Below, one piece after another: positions 45,092 to 57,100 of a stretch of DNA of 64,000 bases (position 1 is its first letter; every line of letters begins with the position of its first letter). Position numbers and translations under genes: made by a program. The notes beneath the pieces were generated by a model, which was not told where the DNA came from, did not search any database, and saw nothing but the letters and a program-made list of their open reading frames with translations. Origin of the DNA: Escherichia phage vB_EcoM_MM02; the sequence record MK373784.1. One strand, written 5' to 3'.

Positions 45092-45140
45092 TTGTTTTGA
45101 TAGGACTACTATAACATAGTCCTACCAAGATGTAAACTAC
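45091..45140 (-). promoter_or_regulatory. Promoter/stem-loop cassette, identical 50-mer to 26384..26433
   Basis: tttgttttgataggactactataacatagtcctaccaagatgtaaactac. Confidence 0.55.
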
Positions 45141-45428
45141 TTACAGAAGAGTTTTTGCAATAATTTTAAGCTGAGCTACAGAAATATGCTTAGCTTTAAA
45201 CAGTGCAGTCTCTTCGGCCGGAGAGATAACAATAGTAGCGCCGTCTTTCTTAGCAGACCATCCATCCCCTAAGTAAACAGTACCTTTTACTTCTTCGCCG
45301 TCAACCAGACTAATCATTGGTTTACCCTCACGTCCTTTATTTGCTTTAATAACTTCGGAAGTAAGGGTTGCTTCGGTCAGAGTAGAAACGTTAGCAACAG
45401 GTGATATAAATTCTTTATAGGTTTTCAT
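45141..45428 (-). CDS. Internal protein-like (CTS-bearing), T4 ipI position
   Basis: N-terminal MKTYKEFISP; upstream of 57B as ipI is in T4. Confidence 0.5.
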   Translation of the reverse strand: MKTYKEFISPVANVSTLTEATLTSEVIKANKGREGKPMISLVDGEEVKGTVYLGDGWSAKKDGATIVISPAEETALFKAKHISVAQLKIIAKTLL

Positions 45429-45505
45429 TTTATTTCCTTGAGGTTGTTTATTTGATAGGATGATAGTAACACACCATCATCCTTATGTAAACTGTTTTGT
45501 GAAAA

Positions 45506-46191
<686 letters not shown>

Positions 46192-46195
46192 TTTA

Positions 46196-46930
46196 TTACC
46201 TTAAGATTGTTTCAATTTTAGAATAAAGCTCTTCTAAAGAGCCGTCGTTTGTAATAACTAAATCGCCTTCTTCAATAGGCAACCCAGCTTCTGTAATATG
46301 TTTATCGGTGGATTCCGTACCAGAGCGAACCACATGAATAACTGTAGCACCCATCGCTCTAGCGGTTTCCATTTCATGGACTTGGCGTGTATCGGTTACA
46401 ACATAGTAATCGAAATCACTTCCAATATAATCCATATAGTTTAATGCAAAAAGTTTAACCCAATACATACGGTCAAATAAATTAACGACAACATCCGTAC
46501 CGAGGGCTTGCATAAGACGGCGGACTGACCATGTGTCGTTGATATTATTTATAGCTTCACGCAGGGCTTCATATGGTTTAATATCTAGATACGAATATCC
46601 ACCTTCTAACGATGATAATACTTTAACATTATTAATCGGTAAATAATGACTTTGCAAATAAATTAGCGCTTCTTCCAATAATTCAATAACATCCAACTTA
46701 TTGAGATTTAATGGTGTTTCACGGTCGTATCCAATGCCTTCAAAGTATTCGTATTTCAACTCGGTGAATACATCAGGGTTTTCAGCATGTTTACGACCCC
46801 ATGCGATTGCCAATGCATCTTTAATTGGATATGCTAATTGATATTTTACAGATTTAAAGTTTGAATTGATATAATCAGCAGTAGTATCTTTGCCACTACG
46901 TTTGATGCCACTTAAAAAGATTAGCTCCAT
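46196..46930 (-). CDS. 1: dNMP kinase gp1
   Basis: 244 aa; P-loop GIKRSGKDT; ...RQVHEMETARAMGATVIHVVR... recognised as T4 gp1. Confidence 0.9.
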   Translation of the reverse strand: MELIFLSGIKRSGKDTTADYINSNFKSVKYQLAYPIKDALAIAWGRKHAENPDVFTELKYEYFEGIGYDRETPLNLNKLDVIELLEEALIYLQSHYLPINNVKVLSSLEGGYSYLDIKPYEALREAINNINDTWSVRRLMQALGTDVVVNLFDRMYWVKLFALNYMDYIGSDFDYYVVTDTRQVHEMETARAMGATVIHVVRSGTESTDKHITEAGLPIEEGDLVITNDGSLEELYSKIETILR

Positions 46931-46983
46931 AGGTTTTCCTCATATAATTTATGAGTGATTATAACATACGGAGCTAGAAGCGA

Positions 46984-47568
46984 TTAACGCAAGGAAGGGT
47001 GTCTAGAAATGGATTTAGATTCGACTGCTTGACGTGGTTGTTGAGATACAATGACTTCACCATCCTTTTCTATCGTCATATACGCATAGTGAATAGTTGC
47101 TACGCATGTAACGGCAGGGTCAGAGTCTTCAGTGTAACTAAATTCAATTTCACTCAAATCAGAAATCCATGGTTTATAGAAATTCGCCGTCAAAACTACT
47201 TCAGTCTTATTGTTGTTTAAAATGTGCAAAGTAACAAACTCAGGACCATCGGAGTGGGCTGTATTATGACCGGTTATATAGTTATTAGTGCTGAGCATCC
47301 ATTTATACATGTTCATCCAGGACGTCATGTCTTCATCAACTATAAATCGTACAACAAAAGGGTCATATTCAAATGTGGTGCCTGCACGCATTGCACGTCC
47401 TAGCCCCATCGTGCCTGTCACAGTTTCAACAACAGGAATTCTCACACCTGGCAATGGAGCCGTTTGGGCATTGAGCACAAAACCTGAAGTTCGTGTACTA
47501 TCTGGGATATCCACAACAAAGTTTGTTATATTTGTTTGGTTAAAAATCTGTCTCGCTGGACGAGTCAT
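46984..47568 (-). CDS. 3: Tail completion / sheath stabiliser gp3 (by synteny)
   Basis: ATG at 47568 with GAGG SD; between genes 1 and 2 as in T4. Confidence 0.6.
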   Translation of the reverse strand: MTRPARQIFNQTNITNFVVDIPDSTRTSGFVLNAQTAPLPGVRIPVVETVTGTMGLGRAMRAGTTFEYDPFVVRFIVDEDMTSWMNMYKWMLSTNNYITGHNTAHSDGPEFVTLHILNNNKTEVVLTANFYKPWISDLSEIEFSYTEDSDPAVTCVATIHYAYMTIEKDGEVIVSQQPRQAVESKSISRHPSLR

Positions 47569-47670
47569 AAGCACCTCAAAAACGCTTTAATAAAAATGCA
47601 GTATAATGGTTTTAGGTCTCTTCCATTAATCCGGTTCAACAGAATATCAGAAGAACGGAAGAGAATAGAA

Positions 47671-48492
47671 TTAAGATTTCCAAACAGTATTCGCAGAGAA
47701 ACGTTTTCCTTTTGACATAAACTGCTGAGTAGGTAACATGATTATGTTAGCCCAGTCTTTAGGAGCTATTTCTGTTATTGTTCCTCTAATGTGGCCTGGC
47801 AGGTATGCTTTAATCATTTTGTCAGCACCTTGAAATCCTTTCACCTTGCTCCAGTCTATCTTCAACTTTGTGTTATTAGTAATAGTAGTTGTGCTAGCAT
47901 ATTGCTTCAGCAATTCTTCAAGAAACTGTTGTCGTGCTTTAGGTGGGATATAGTGCAAGTTTAACCCGTACATCAAATTATGTTTACCTAATCCTAAATA
48001 AATAATCAAAGGATATCTGTCCCAATACGGCAGAGTATCTTTATGTTTAGCATCATACACGTAAGTATAAATTTTGCCTGGCGTAGGCTTGACTACTTTA
48101 TGACCTTTTACACTTTTCTTAATTGTTTCAACAAACCACTTAGATGATTTATTGTTTACTGCTGCGCCTTCATTTCTAATCTTTTCTCGTATTGAACTGC
48201 GAAACGAGTTTATCATCAGAAGTTGACGTTCTTGCTTATTGAGTTTATTTTTAGGTTTAGATTCAAGCGTTTCAATTTTCTGTGCAGTCTTAATAGATGA
48301 TGCATATCTAGACATTGCAGATGTAAACGACGAGTATTTTATTCCTTTTGATTCTGCAAATGCTTTTGCAGTGATTCCTTTCTCTTTAGCTTTCTTGTAT
48401 TCTAATCCTATCTCAATCCATTTTCTTTCATTCATAGACTGAGCAATCTTAGGGGCTTGTACGCCTTCAGATATAATTTGGAATATGCTCAT
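47671..48492 (-). CDS. 2: DNA end-protector gp2
   Basis: 273 aa; basic protein in the T4 gene 2 position and of the T4 gp2 length. Confidence 0.8.
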   Translation of the reverse strand: MSIFQIISEGVQAPKIAQSMNERKWIEIGLEYKKAKEKGITAKAFAESKGIKYSSFTSAMSRYASSIKTAQKIETLESKPKNKLNKQERQLLMINSFRSSIREKIRNEGAAVNNKSSKWFVETIKKSVKGHKVVKPTPGKIYTYVYDAKHKDTLPYWDRYPLIIYLGLGKHNLMYGLNLHYIPPKARQQFLEELLKQYASTTTITNNTKLKIDWSKVKGFQGADKMIKAYLPGHIRGTITEIAPKDWANIIMLPTQQFMSKGKRFSANTVWKS

Positions 48493-48494
48493 AA

Positions 48495-48944
48495 TTACCC
48501 CTTGTATCCGAGTTTCCTAAGTCCATCTTCGGTTAGAACTCGAAATTTTATATTTCTCTTTTCAGCAACAGCTGAGGCAGCTTTCCATTTGTCGCAGTTT
48601 ACAGACCAGGTATATATTTCATTCATATAACGTTTCTTTGCTGCGGTAGTAAGATTTGCAGGCTTAATAGGTGGTTGAGTTTCTTTCTTTGGTTTTATTT
48701 CTACAAAGAACTCTTGACCTGATGCATCTTTCATCCATATGTCCATATAGTATCGACGTTTCTTACCTTCTGCGTTACAGAAATATGGAATTACTGCTGT
48801 TTCACTACCCCATGCAATAATTTCTGGATTTTTATCCAACCATTCGAAAAAGAATTTTTCCCAGTTTGAACGATACGTTATTTTGGTATGGTCTCCACGG
48901 TATTTTTTTAAATTTTTTGGGACCCATTTACCAGAGTAGGCCAT
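48495..48944 (-). CDS. 4: Head completion protein gp4
   Basis: [54 protein letters not shown]... recognised as T4 gp4; ATG at 48944 with AAGGAGGA SD. Confidence 0.9.
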   Translation of the reverse strand: MAYSGKWVPKNLKKYRGDHTKITYRSNWEKFFFEWLDKNPEIIAWGSETAVIPYFCNAEGKKRRYYMDIWMKDASGQEFFVEIKPKKETQPPIKPANLTTAAKKRYMNEIYTWSVNCDKWKAASAVAEKRNIKFRVLTEDGLRKLGYKG

Positions 48945-48955
48945 GTTGTCCTCCT

Positions 48956-48963
48956 TATAAATA
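48956..48963 (+). promoter_or_regulatory. Late promoter TATAAATA for gene 53
   Basis: Exact T4 late consensus ~43 nt upstream of the gene 53 start. Confidence 0.6.
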
Positions 48964-48970
48964 GTATTAT

Positions 48971-48978
48971 TATTTATA
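48971..48978 (-). promoter_or_regulatory. Late promoter TATAAATA (minus strand) for gene 4
   Basis: Plus-strand tatttata is TATAAATA on the minus strand, ~27 nt upstream of the gene 4 ATG. Confidence 0.5.
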
Positions 48979-49005
48979 CCAATTTCATATTGGAAGGAGA
49001 CTATC

Positions 49006-49581
49006 TTGTTATTTACATTCTTCGACCCAATAGGATATAGTGCTAAAACAGTTGATAAGAATGCACCTACTATTCCTATGACAGACATATTTCGTAACTA
49101 TAAAGAGTACTTTAAGCGTGTTGCTGCCAATTATAGATTACGTTCTTATTATATTAAAGGCTCTCCGCGTCCTGAAGAACTAGCAAACATAATTTATGGC
49201 AACCCTCAATTATACTGGGTCCTTTTGATGTGTAATGACAACTACGACCCGTATTATGGTTGGATTACATCTCAGGAAGCAGCGTATCAAGCTTCTATTC
49301 AGAAATATGCTAATGCAGGCGGCGACCAAATTCTTTATCATATTAACGAGAACCGTGAGAAATTTTACAATTTAGTTTCATATCCAGACGAGCCTTTAGT
49401 GTGGTACGATAAAGGTGATGAAGCTCGTAAGTATCCGCAATATAAAGGACCTTTAGCTGCAGTAGATATTTATGAAGCGGCAGTATTAGATAATGAAAAA
49501 CTTCGTAAAATAAAAATTGTTGCAAAAGAAGATATAAACTCGTTTATTACTGATTTGATTCGTGAGATGGAGATTGCATAA
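49006..49581 (+). CDS. 53: Baseplate wedge protein gp53 (TTG start)
   Basis: MLFTFFDPIGYSAKTVDKNAPTIPMTDIFRNYKEYFKR... recognised as T4 gp53; GGAAGGAGA SD. Confidence 0.9.
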   Translation: MLFTFFDPIGYSAKTVDKNAPTIPMTDIFRNYKEYFKRVAANYRLRSYYIKGSPRPEELANIIYGNPQLYWVLLMCNDNYDPYYGWITSQEAAYQASIQKYANAGGDQILYHINENREKFYNLVSYPDEPLVWYDKGDEARKYPQYKGPLAAVDIYEAAVLDNEKLRKIKIVAKEDINSFITDLIREMEIA

Positions 49582-51314
49582 TGGAAATGATTAGCAGTAG
49601 CCTTAATTGGTTCGTGGGTGTTGTCGAGGACAGAATGGACCCATTAAAACAAGGGCGAGTTCGAGTTCGAGTCGTTGGTCTTCATCCAGCACAGAGAGCA
49701 CAAGGTGATGTACAAGGTATTCCTACAGAAAAACTTCCATGGATGACTGTTATTCAACCTATTACGTCTGCATCAATGTCAGGTATTGGTGGTTCTGTTA
49801 CAGGTCCTGTTGAAGGAACTCGAGTATATGGTCATTTCTTAGACAAATGGAAAACAAACGGGATCGTACTTGGTACATACGGCGGAATCGTACGTGAAAA
49901 GCCTAATAGACTTGAAGGTTTTTCAGACCCGACAGGCCAGTATCCGCGACGTTTAGGTAATGATACGAACGTATTAAACCAAGGTGGTGAAGCCGGTTAT
50001 TATTCAAACTCTAACGTAATTCAAGATAACAACTTGGATTATGGTATAAACCCAGACGATACAGATTTAGCAAATATTCCAGAAGATGATGACCCTAATT
50101 TTACAATAACAGAAATGTTACGTCGTGACGAAGGTCTTCGTGATAAAGTGTATTGGGACCATCTCGGGTATCCTACAGTAGGTATTGGACACCTTATCGT
50201 AATGGAAAAGACCCGAGATATGTCTCGAATTAATAAATTGTTATCTGATCAAGTAGGGCGTGAAGTAACAGGAAATCCAGGAACTATTACATTAGAAGAA
50301 GCAACAGCGTTATTTGAGAAAGACCTTGCTAAGATGCAGAAAGACATTCGTTCTAATTCTAAAGTAGGTCCTGTTTATGCTAAAATGAACAGGTCTCGTC
50401 AAATGGCATTAGAAAACATGTGCTTCCAAATGGGCGTTGGTGGTGTAGCAAAATTCAATACTATGCTTAAAGCAATGGCCACAGGCGATTGGAAAACTGC
50501 ATACAAATCTGGACGCGATTCATTATGGTTCCAACAGACTAAAGGACGCGCTTCGCGTGTAACAACAATTATTTTAACCGGTAACATGGAATCATACGGT
50601 GTTCCTGTTAAAACACCGCCTTCACCAGGAGTTGGTGCCGATTTAGTTACTAGAAATACCGATCCAGAAGACCCGGCCGGTCCTCCTGTTCCATTAGATT
50701 CACGCATCCTTTTTAAAGAACCGGAATCAAGTTATCGTGGTGAGTATCCATACGTTCATGCTATGGAAACAGAAAGTGGTCATATCCAAGAATTTGACGA
50801 TACTCCAGGTAATGAACGTTATCGCTTAGTTCATCCAACAGGGTCATATGAGGAAGTTTCTCCGTCTGGGCGTCGTACTCGTAAAACTGTAGAAGACCTT
50901 TTTGACATCACTAATGGCGATGGGAACTTTTTGATTTCTGGCGATAAGCTTGTTAACGTTGGTGCTAATGAAATATATTATAACATGGCAGACCGCCTCC
51001 ATCAAATAGACGGCAATGACACAATCTTTATTCGTGGTAACCAATCTAAAACTGTTGAAGGCGATGGAACTCTTTACGTTAAGGGTAATATCAAAATAGT
51101 TGTTGACGGAAATGCAGATATTCTTGTTAAAGGTGATGCTAAAACTCAGGTCGAAGGGAATCATGATTACACCGTCAACGGAAACGTTAAATGGACTGTT
51201 AATGGTAATGTTGATATGACTGTTGCCGGGGATTGGGCAGAAACAATGTCTACAATGAGCTCAGTAGCTTCAGGACAATACACTGTTGACGGATCTCGTA
51301 TTGATATTGGGTAA
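49581..51314 (+). CDS. 5: Baseplate hub / tail-associated lysozyme gp5
   Basis: 577 aa; N-terminal OB domain, central lysozyme domain, C-terminal beta-helix VxGxxxxx repeats; matches T4 gp5. Confidence 0.95.
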   Translation: MEMISSSLNWFVGVVEDRMDPLKQGRVRVRVVGLHPAQRAQGDVQGIPTEKLPWMTVIQPITSASMSGIGGSVTGPVEGTRVYGHFLDKWKTNGIVLGTYGGIVREKPNRLEGFSDPTGQYPRRLGNDTNVLNQGGEAGYYSNSNVIQDNNLDYGINPDDTDLANIPEDDDPNFTITEMLRRDEGLRDKVYWDHLGYPTVGIGHLIVMEKTRDMSRINKLLSDQVGREVTGNPGTITLEEATALFEKDLAKMQKDIRSNSKVGPVYAKMNRSRQMALENMCFQMGVGGVAKFNTMLKAMATGDWKTAYKSGRDSLWFQQTKGRASRVTTIILTGNMESYGVPVKTPPSPGVGADLVTRNTDPEDPAGPPVPLDSRILFKEPESSYRGEYPYVHAMETESGHIQEFDDTPGNERYRLVHPTGSYEEVSPSGRRTRKTVEDLFDITNGDGNFLISGDKLVNVGANEIYYNMADRLHQIDGNDTIFIRGNQSKTVEGDGTLYVKGNIKIVVDGNADILVKGDAKTQVEGNHDYTVNGNVKWTVNGNVDMTVAGDWAETMSTMSSVASGQYTVDGSRIDIG

Positions 51315-51317
51315 TAT

Positions 51318-51833
51318 ATGGCACAAATACTTCCTTTAAATACCGACTTAGGAGAAGACATGGAAGGGGCGTCTATTGACGTCCTTTTTACTCCACAGTT
51401 AGAAACAACCGAAACTTTAGTGTCAATAAATATAACAGATTATGAACCGACACAAGGCATTACGGTAGATGGTAATCGTTTATATGGAACATATGAAAGT
51501 GTGTTTAGCTTTTCTTCGGACGCATTGAAATACCGATTAAATGATGATTTTGAAACCGCATCTTCATGGGATGATTTACCAAAAGATGAGTCCACACAGT
51601 TATATTTGTGGAGAGCTCCTCAGAATCTTCGTAAAGTGTTTAGTTATACGGTTGAAATGATTTATAACTACCAAGAAGAAAGTTCATCAGGCGGTTCTAG
51701 AAGTGACTCTGGTGTAGAACCTCCACCAGCTCCAGTACAAAAAACTCTTACTAAGGTTTATACAAAAACTATAGTAGGAAATTGGAGCAAATGGGCTCAT
51801 CAATTACGAAACTATGTTTATGTGAGGCCGTGA
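51318..51833 (+). CDS. Hypothetical protein gp5.1 (by synteny)
   Basis: 171-aa ORF between 5 and 5.4. Confidence 0.55.
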   Translation: MAQILPLNTDLGEDMEGASIDVLFTPQLETTETLVSINITDYEPTQGITVDGNRLYGTYESVFSFSSDALKYRLNDDFETASSWDDLPKDESTQLYLWRAPQNLRKVFSYTVEMIYNYQEESSSGGSRSDSGVEPPPAPVQKTLTKVYTKTIVGNWSKWAHQLRNYVYVRP

Positions 51834-51835
51834 AA

Positions 51836-52129
51836 ATGTCTGGCTTAAGTTACGACAAGTGCGTTACAACAGGTCATGAAGCATGGCCTCCTACTGTAAT
51901 AAATGCTTCCCAATCTAAAGTGTTCACCGGCGGTATTCCTGTTCTTGTGGCAGGAGACCAAATAACACCTCATACAGAAATTAAAAAACCATACGAGACT
52001 CATGGAGGTGTTACTGAACCTCGTACATCTAAAGTATACGTCACCGGTAAAAAGGCCGTTCAAATGGCTGACCCAATTTCATGCGGGGATACTGTTTCTC
52101 AGGCCTCGTCAAAAGTCTTTATAAAATAG
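51836..52129 (+). CDS. Spike-tip PAAR-like protein gp5.4
   Basis: 97 aa from the ATG at 51836; position and size as for T4 gp5.4. Confidence 0.65.
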   Translation: MSGLSYDKCVTTGHEAWPPTVINASQSKVFTGGIPVLVAGDQITPHTEIKKPYETHGGVTEPRTSKVYVTGKKAVQMADPISCGDTVSQASSKVFIK

Positions 52130-52137
52130 GAATTAAA

Positions 52138-54111
52138 ATGGCAAACACTCCTGTAAATTATCAATTAACCCGAACAGCGAATGCTATTCCCGAGATTTTT
52201 ATCGGGGGCACATTTGCCGAAATCAAACAGAACATTATTGAATGGCTCAATGGGCAGAATGAATTTCTTGATTATGATTTTGAAGGTTCACGCTTAAACG
52301 TATTGTGCGACCTTTTAGCATATAACACTCTTTACATCCAACAGTTCAGTAATAGTGCAGTGTATGAAAGTTTTATGCGTACTGCAAACTTGCGTAGTTC
52401 TGTTGTACAAGCGGCTCAAGATAACGGATATCTGCCTTCATCTAAATCAGCAGCACAAACAGAAATTATGCTCACATGTACAGATGCATTAAATAGAAAC
52501 TATATCACCATTCCACGTGGCACTCGTTTCTTAGCATACGCTAAAGATACTTCTGTTAACCCGTATAACTTTGTTTCTACTGAAGATGTCATTGTAGTTA
52601 AAGACAAAAATAACCAATATTTTCCACGTCTTCGATTAGCTCAAGGACGTATTGTTCGCACTGAATTAACATTTGATAGATTAAAACCTATCATTATTCG
52701 TGATAAGAATATTGACCGTAATTTGGTTAAGTTGTATGTTGACGGAGCAGAATGGATTAACTGGACTCGTAAGTCGATGGTTCACGCTGGTTCTACGTCA
52801 ACAATCTATTATATGCGTGAAACAGTTGATGGGAACACCGAATTTTATTTTGGTGAAGGCGAAATCTCTATTAACACGTCAGAAGGTGCGTTAACATCTA
52901 ACTATATTGGTGGCCTTAAACCTGTTCAGGGTTCTAAAATCGTAATTGAGTATATTTCTACTAATGGCGCAGATGCTAACGGTGCTGTAGGATTTTCTTA
53001 TGCTGATACATTAGCTAATATCACGGTAATCGATATTAATGAGAACCCTAGCAATAACCCAGACTTTGTTGGGGCCGACGGCGGTGGTGACCCTGAAGAT
53101 ATTGAACGTATCCGCGAATTAGGCACAATTAAACGCGAAACTCAACAACGTTGTGTAACCGCTTCCGACTATGACACATTCGTTTCTGAGCGGTTTGGTT
53201 CTATTATTCAAGCGGTTCAAACATTTACAGATTCATCTAAACCAGGGTACGCCTATATTGCTGCTAAGCCTAAATCTGGATTGTATTTGACTTCTGTCCA
53301 ACGTGATGATATCAAAAACTATTTGAATGATTATAACTTAGGGACTATTACACCTGTTGTTATTTCGCCTGATTATTTGTTTATCAAAATGAATATCAAA
53401 GTTACATACGCGTTGAATAAACTCCAAGAATCAGAACAATATCTTGAAGGGCAGATTATTAATAAAATTGACCGTTATTATATTGAAGATGTAGAAATTT
53501 TTAACTCATCGTTTGCAAAATCTAAAATGCTAACTTATGTCGATGATGCAGATATTTCTATTATTGGTTCTTCAGCTACTATTCAAATGGTTCGCGAAGT
53601 ACAAAACTTCTATAAAACGCCTGAGGCCGGTATTAAATACAATAATCAGATTAAAGATAGATCGATGGAATCTAATATATTCTCGTTTGATTCGCACAGA
53701 CCTAATCCAGAAAATGCAAACGAAACTATTAAATATGGTGTTCGCATAGTATCTTCTGACCGTAATGACCGTGGCATAGGTCAAGTTATTATTGGTCCAT
53801 TTGCAGATGGCGATGTTGTTGAAAACGAAAATATACAACCTTATACAGGTAATGATTTTAATAAACTTACTGTTACTGACGGACGAAACAAATACTATTC
53901 AATTGGTGAAGTGAATTATCCTGCCGATTCGATTTATTGGAACATTGCTAAAATTGACCTCACTTCAGACCGTTTTGAAGTTCAAACAATTGAACTTTAT
54001 TCCGACCCTGCAGATGATATTATTTTTACAAAGGATGGTTCTTTAATCGTATTCGAAAATGACTTACGTCCTCAGTACTTAACTATAGATTTGGAGCCTA
54101 TTTCACAATGA
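52138..54111 (+). CDS. 6: Baseplate wedge protein gp6
   Basis: ATG at 52138 with AGGAA SD; about 657 aa as for T4 gp6. Confidence 0.85.
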   Translation: MANTPVNYQLTRTANAIPEIFIGGTFAEIKQNIIEWLNGQNEFLDYDFEGSRLNVLCDLLAYNTLYIQQFSNSAVYESFMRTANLRSSVVQAAQDNGYLPSSKSAAQTEIMLTCTDALNRNYITIPRGTRFLAYAKDTSVNPYNFVSTEDVIVVKDKNNQYFPRLRLAQGRIVRTELTFDRLKPIIIRDKNIDRNLVKLYVDGAEWINWTRKSMVHAGSTSTIYYMRETVDGNTEFYFGEGEISINTSEGALTSNYIGGLKPVQGSKIVIEYISTNGADANGAVGFSYADTLANITVIDINENPSNNPDFVGADGGGDPEDIERIRELGTIKRETQQRCVTASDYDTFVSERFGSIIQAVQTFTDSSKPGYAYIAAKPKSGLYLTSVQRDDIKNYLNDYNLGTITPVVISPDYLFIKMNIKVTYALNKLQESEQYLEGQIINKIDRYYIEDVEIFNSSFAKSKMLTYVDDADISIIGSSATIQMVREVQNFYKTPEAGIKYNNQIKDRSMESNIFSFDSHRPNPENANETIKYGVRIVSSDRNDRGIGQVIIGPFADGDVVENENIQPYTGNDFNKLTVTDGRNKYYSIGEVNYPADSIYWNIAKIDLTSDRFEVQTIELYSDPADDIIFTKDGSLIVFENDLRPQYLTIDLEPISQ

Positions 54112-57100
54112 CAGTAAAAGCGCCAGCAGTCACAAGTCTCAGAATATCCAAGTTGTCCGCTAACCAAGTTCAAATACGCTGGGATGACGTTGGTGCTAAT
54201 TTCTACTATTTCGTAGAAATCGCTGAGACTAAAACGGCAGACGGTGAAATAATTCCCCCTGCCAGCTACAGATGGATAAATTTAGGATATACTCCTAATA
54301 GCAACTGGTTCGAAAGTAGCTTAGACCCATTAACTTCTTATATTATTCGTGTATCAACTGCCGCCGAAGGCTTCGAGAGATCTGATTGGGTATATACCGA
54401 AATATTTGAATCATTTCAGACTAACGCGTATACATTTCAACATATGATTGAAATGCAATTGGCTAACACTTTTATTAGAGAAAAATTTACAAATAACAAC
54501 ATGGCTTATGTCGATTTTAATAACGACACTATAATGGCAGCTCTAATGAATGAATCGTTCCAATTTAGCCCTGCTTATGCGGATATTTCATCTATTAAAA
54601 ATTTCATTATTGGCGAAAATGAGTATCATGAAATTCAAGGTTCGATTCAACAGGTGTGTCATGATATAAACCGTGTTTATTTGATGGAATCCGAAGGAAT
54701 TCTTTATTTGTTTGAACGGTATCAGCCTGTGGTTAAAGTCTCTAATGATAAGGGACAAACCTGGAAATCGGTTAAATTGTTTAATGACCGTGTAGGGTAC
54801 CCTGTATCAAGAACAGTGTATTACCAGACAGGTTATACCACGTATGTTCTTGGGTATGATAAATTATTTTACGGCCGTAAATCAACTGACGTTCGTTGGT
54901 CTGCTGATGATGTGAGATTTAGTTCTCAAGATATAACATTTGCTAAAATTGGTGACCAGTTAAATTTAGGATTTGATGTAGAAATATTTGGTAACTACGC
55001 ATCATTACCTGCTAACGTATCACGTATTGCAGAAGCTATCGTTTGCAACGACGATTATGTATACGTTGCTGCTCGAGATAAAGTTCGTTTTATTAAAACT
55101 AGTAATGCCCCTATTGATTCAGACCCGTTATCTCCGACATATTCCGAACGTTTGTTTGAACAAGAAACATTTAACATCACAGGTAACCCTAAGGCAGTTT
55201 GCTATAAAATGGATTCTGTTGGCGGTAAAATATTTGCACTGATTATCGGCGAAGTTGTTAATCTTAATGACGACCCGAGGACCACTCCTATTGTTGATTC
55301 TGCTGATAAGGGCGTTTACGTTCTAGACCATGATGCTGGCACATTTAAACGTGTGTTTGGTAATACTGAAGAAGAACGCCGTCGTATTGAACCTGGGTAC
55401 ACCAGTATGTCTACTGATGGTGTTGAGTTATCTATTTCATCTAGTAATTTTAAATTTCTAGAATCGGATATTGTTGATGACCCAAAAACACAAATCAAGT
55501 ACGGTTTAATCGGTGCTGTTAAATATGAGTATCCTCGCGAATGGTTGGCTGATAAACATTATCATATGATGGCATTTATTTCAACTGAAGACTCTCAATG
55601 GGAATCGTTCACTCCTCAACCGATGGAATACTATGCTGAGCCATTCTTTAGTTATTCTAGAAAGTCCGGTACTCGATGTTGGATTAATAACTCAGACAAG
55701 GCTGTTGTAATTTATTCTGATTTACTTTACACTAAGGTTATTGAGAATCATCCACTTAGTTCTTCAGACCGTGAAGTTCATGAATATTGGAAGGACGGTG
55801 ACTGTACAATAGTGATGCCTAACGTAGATTTCACCGGATTTAAAAAATATGCATCCGGCATGATTTTCTATAAATCATCAGGTGAGATTATTTCTTATTA
55901 TGATTTTAGTTATCGTGTTAGAGATAATGTTTCTATAATTTGGAAGCCTACTAATATATTCTTAACAGCATCGTTACAAAACCAAGAAAAAGATACCACA
56001 TGGACTCCTGTAGAAGAGAATGGTATTGCAGACCCAGATTTACGACCATTGCTCACTACAATGATGCCGGAGTCTTATCTTTTAGATAATACAAACTTCG
56101 AAGCATTCTGCGAGGCTTATATTCAGTATCTTTCTGACGGTTATGGGACCCATTATAACAACCTTTTGAATCTTATTAAAAATCAATATCCGCGCGAAGA
56201 ACATGCGTGGGAATATTTATGGTCTGAGATTTATAAACGAAACATTTACTTAAACGCCGAAAAACGCGATTTAGTGTCTCGTTTCTTTGAATCAAGAAGT
56301 TATGACTTCTATTCAACTAAAGGAACTGAAGCGTCATATAAATTCTTGTTTAAAGTGCTTTATAACGAAGATGTTGAAATTGAAATTGAATCTAGTTCCG
56401 GGACCGAATATGATATCATCATTGAATCTGATTCGTTGACAGAAGATTTGGTCGGACAAACCATATACACCGCTACAGGACGTTGTAATGTGACGTATAT
56501 CGAGAGAAGTTACTCTAAAGGTAAATTACAATGGACTGTAACAATTCACAACCTCTTAGGTCGTTTAATCCAAGGGCAGGAAGTTAAAGCTGAAAGACTC
56601 CCTGGTTTTGAAGGTGAAATTGTTCGTGGTATTAAAGGTAAAGAGCTTTCTCAGAACAACATCGATTACATAAATCGTGGTAGAGCATACTACGTAATGA
56701 AGATTAAATCTAAACTTCCATCATCTCGTTGGAAATCAGACGTATTACGTTTTGTTCATCCGGTTGGATTTGGATTTATCGCAATTACCCTTCTCACAAT
56801 GTTTATTAACACCGGATTAACACTTAAACATGTTGAAACCATTATTAATAAATACAAAAACTATAAGTGGGATTCTGGATTACCGACTAAATATGCAGAC
56901 CGAGTGGCTAAATTAGACCCACAAGGAAATGTTGAGTTTGACCCTATTACAGGTAAAGCGATATATGAAATAGGCCCTATGGCTGGTCAAGATTATCCAT
57001 TGCCTGAAGATTATAACGCTGAAAACAATAACTCCATATTTCAAGGTCAACTTCCATCGGAACGACGTAAACTGATGAGCCCATTATTTGATGCGTCCGG

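Noticed and set aside
50399-50707. Minus-strand ORFs inside the baseplate genes (50399..50707, 50844..51164, 51845..52063, 53572..53838, 62247..62570, 63674..63874)
   Set aside because: Antisense shadows within well-supported late genes 5, 6, 12 and wac.
52081-52137. N-terminal 19-codon extension of gene 6 in the ORF track
   Set aside because: The extension overlaps gp5.4 in another frame; the ATG at 52138 has an AGGAA ribosome-binding site and matches the expected gp6 N-terminus.
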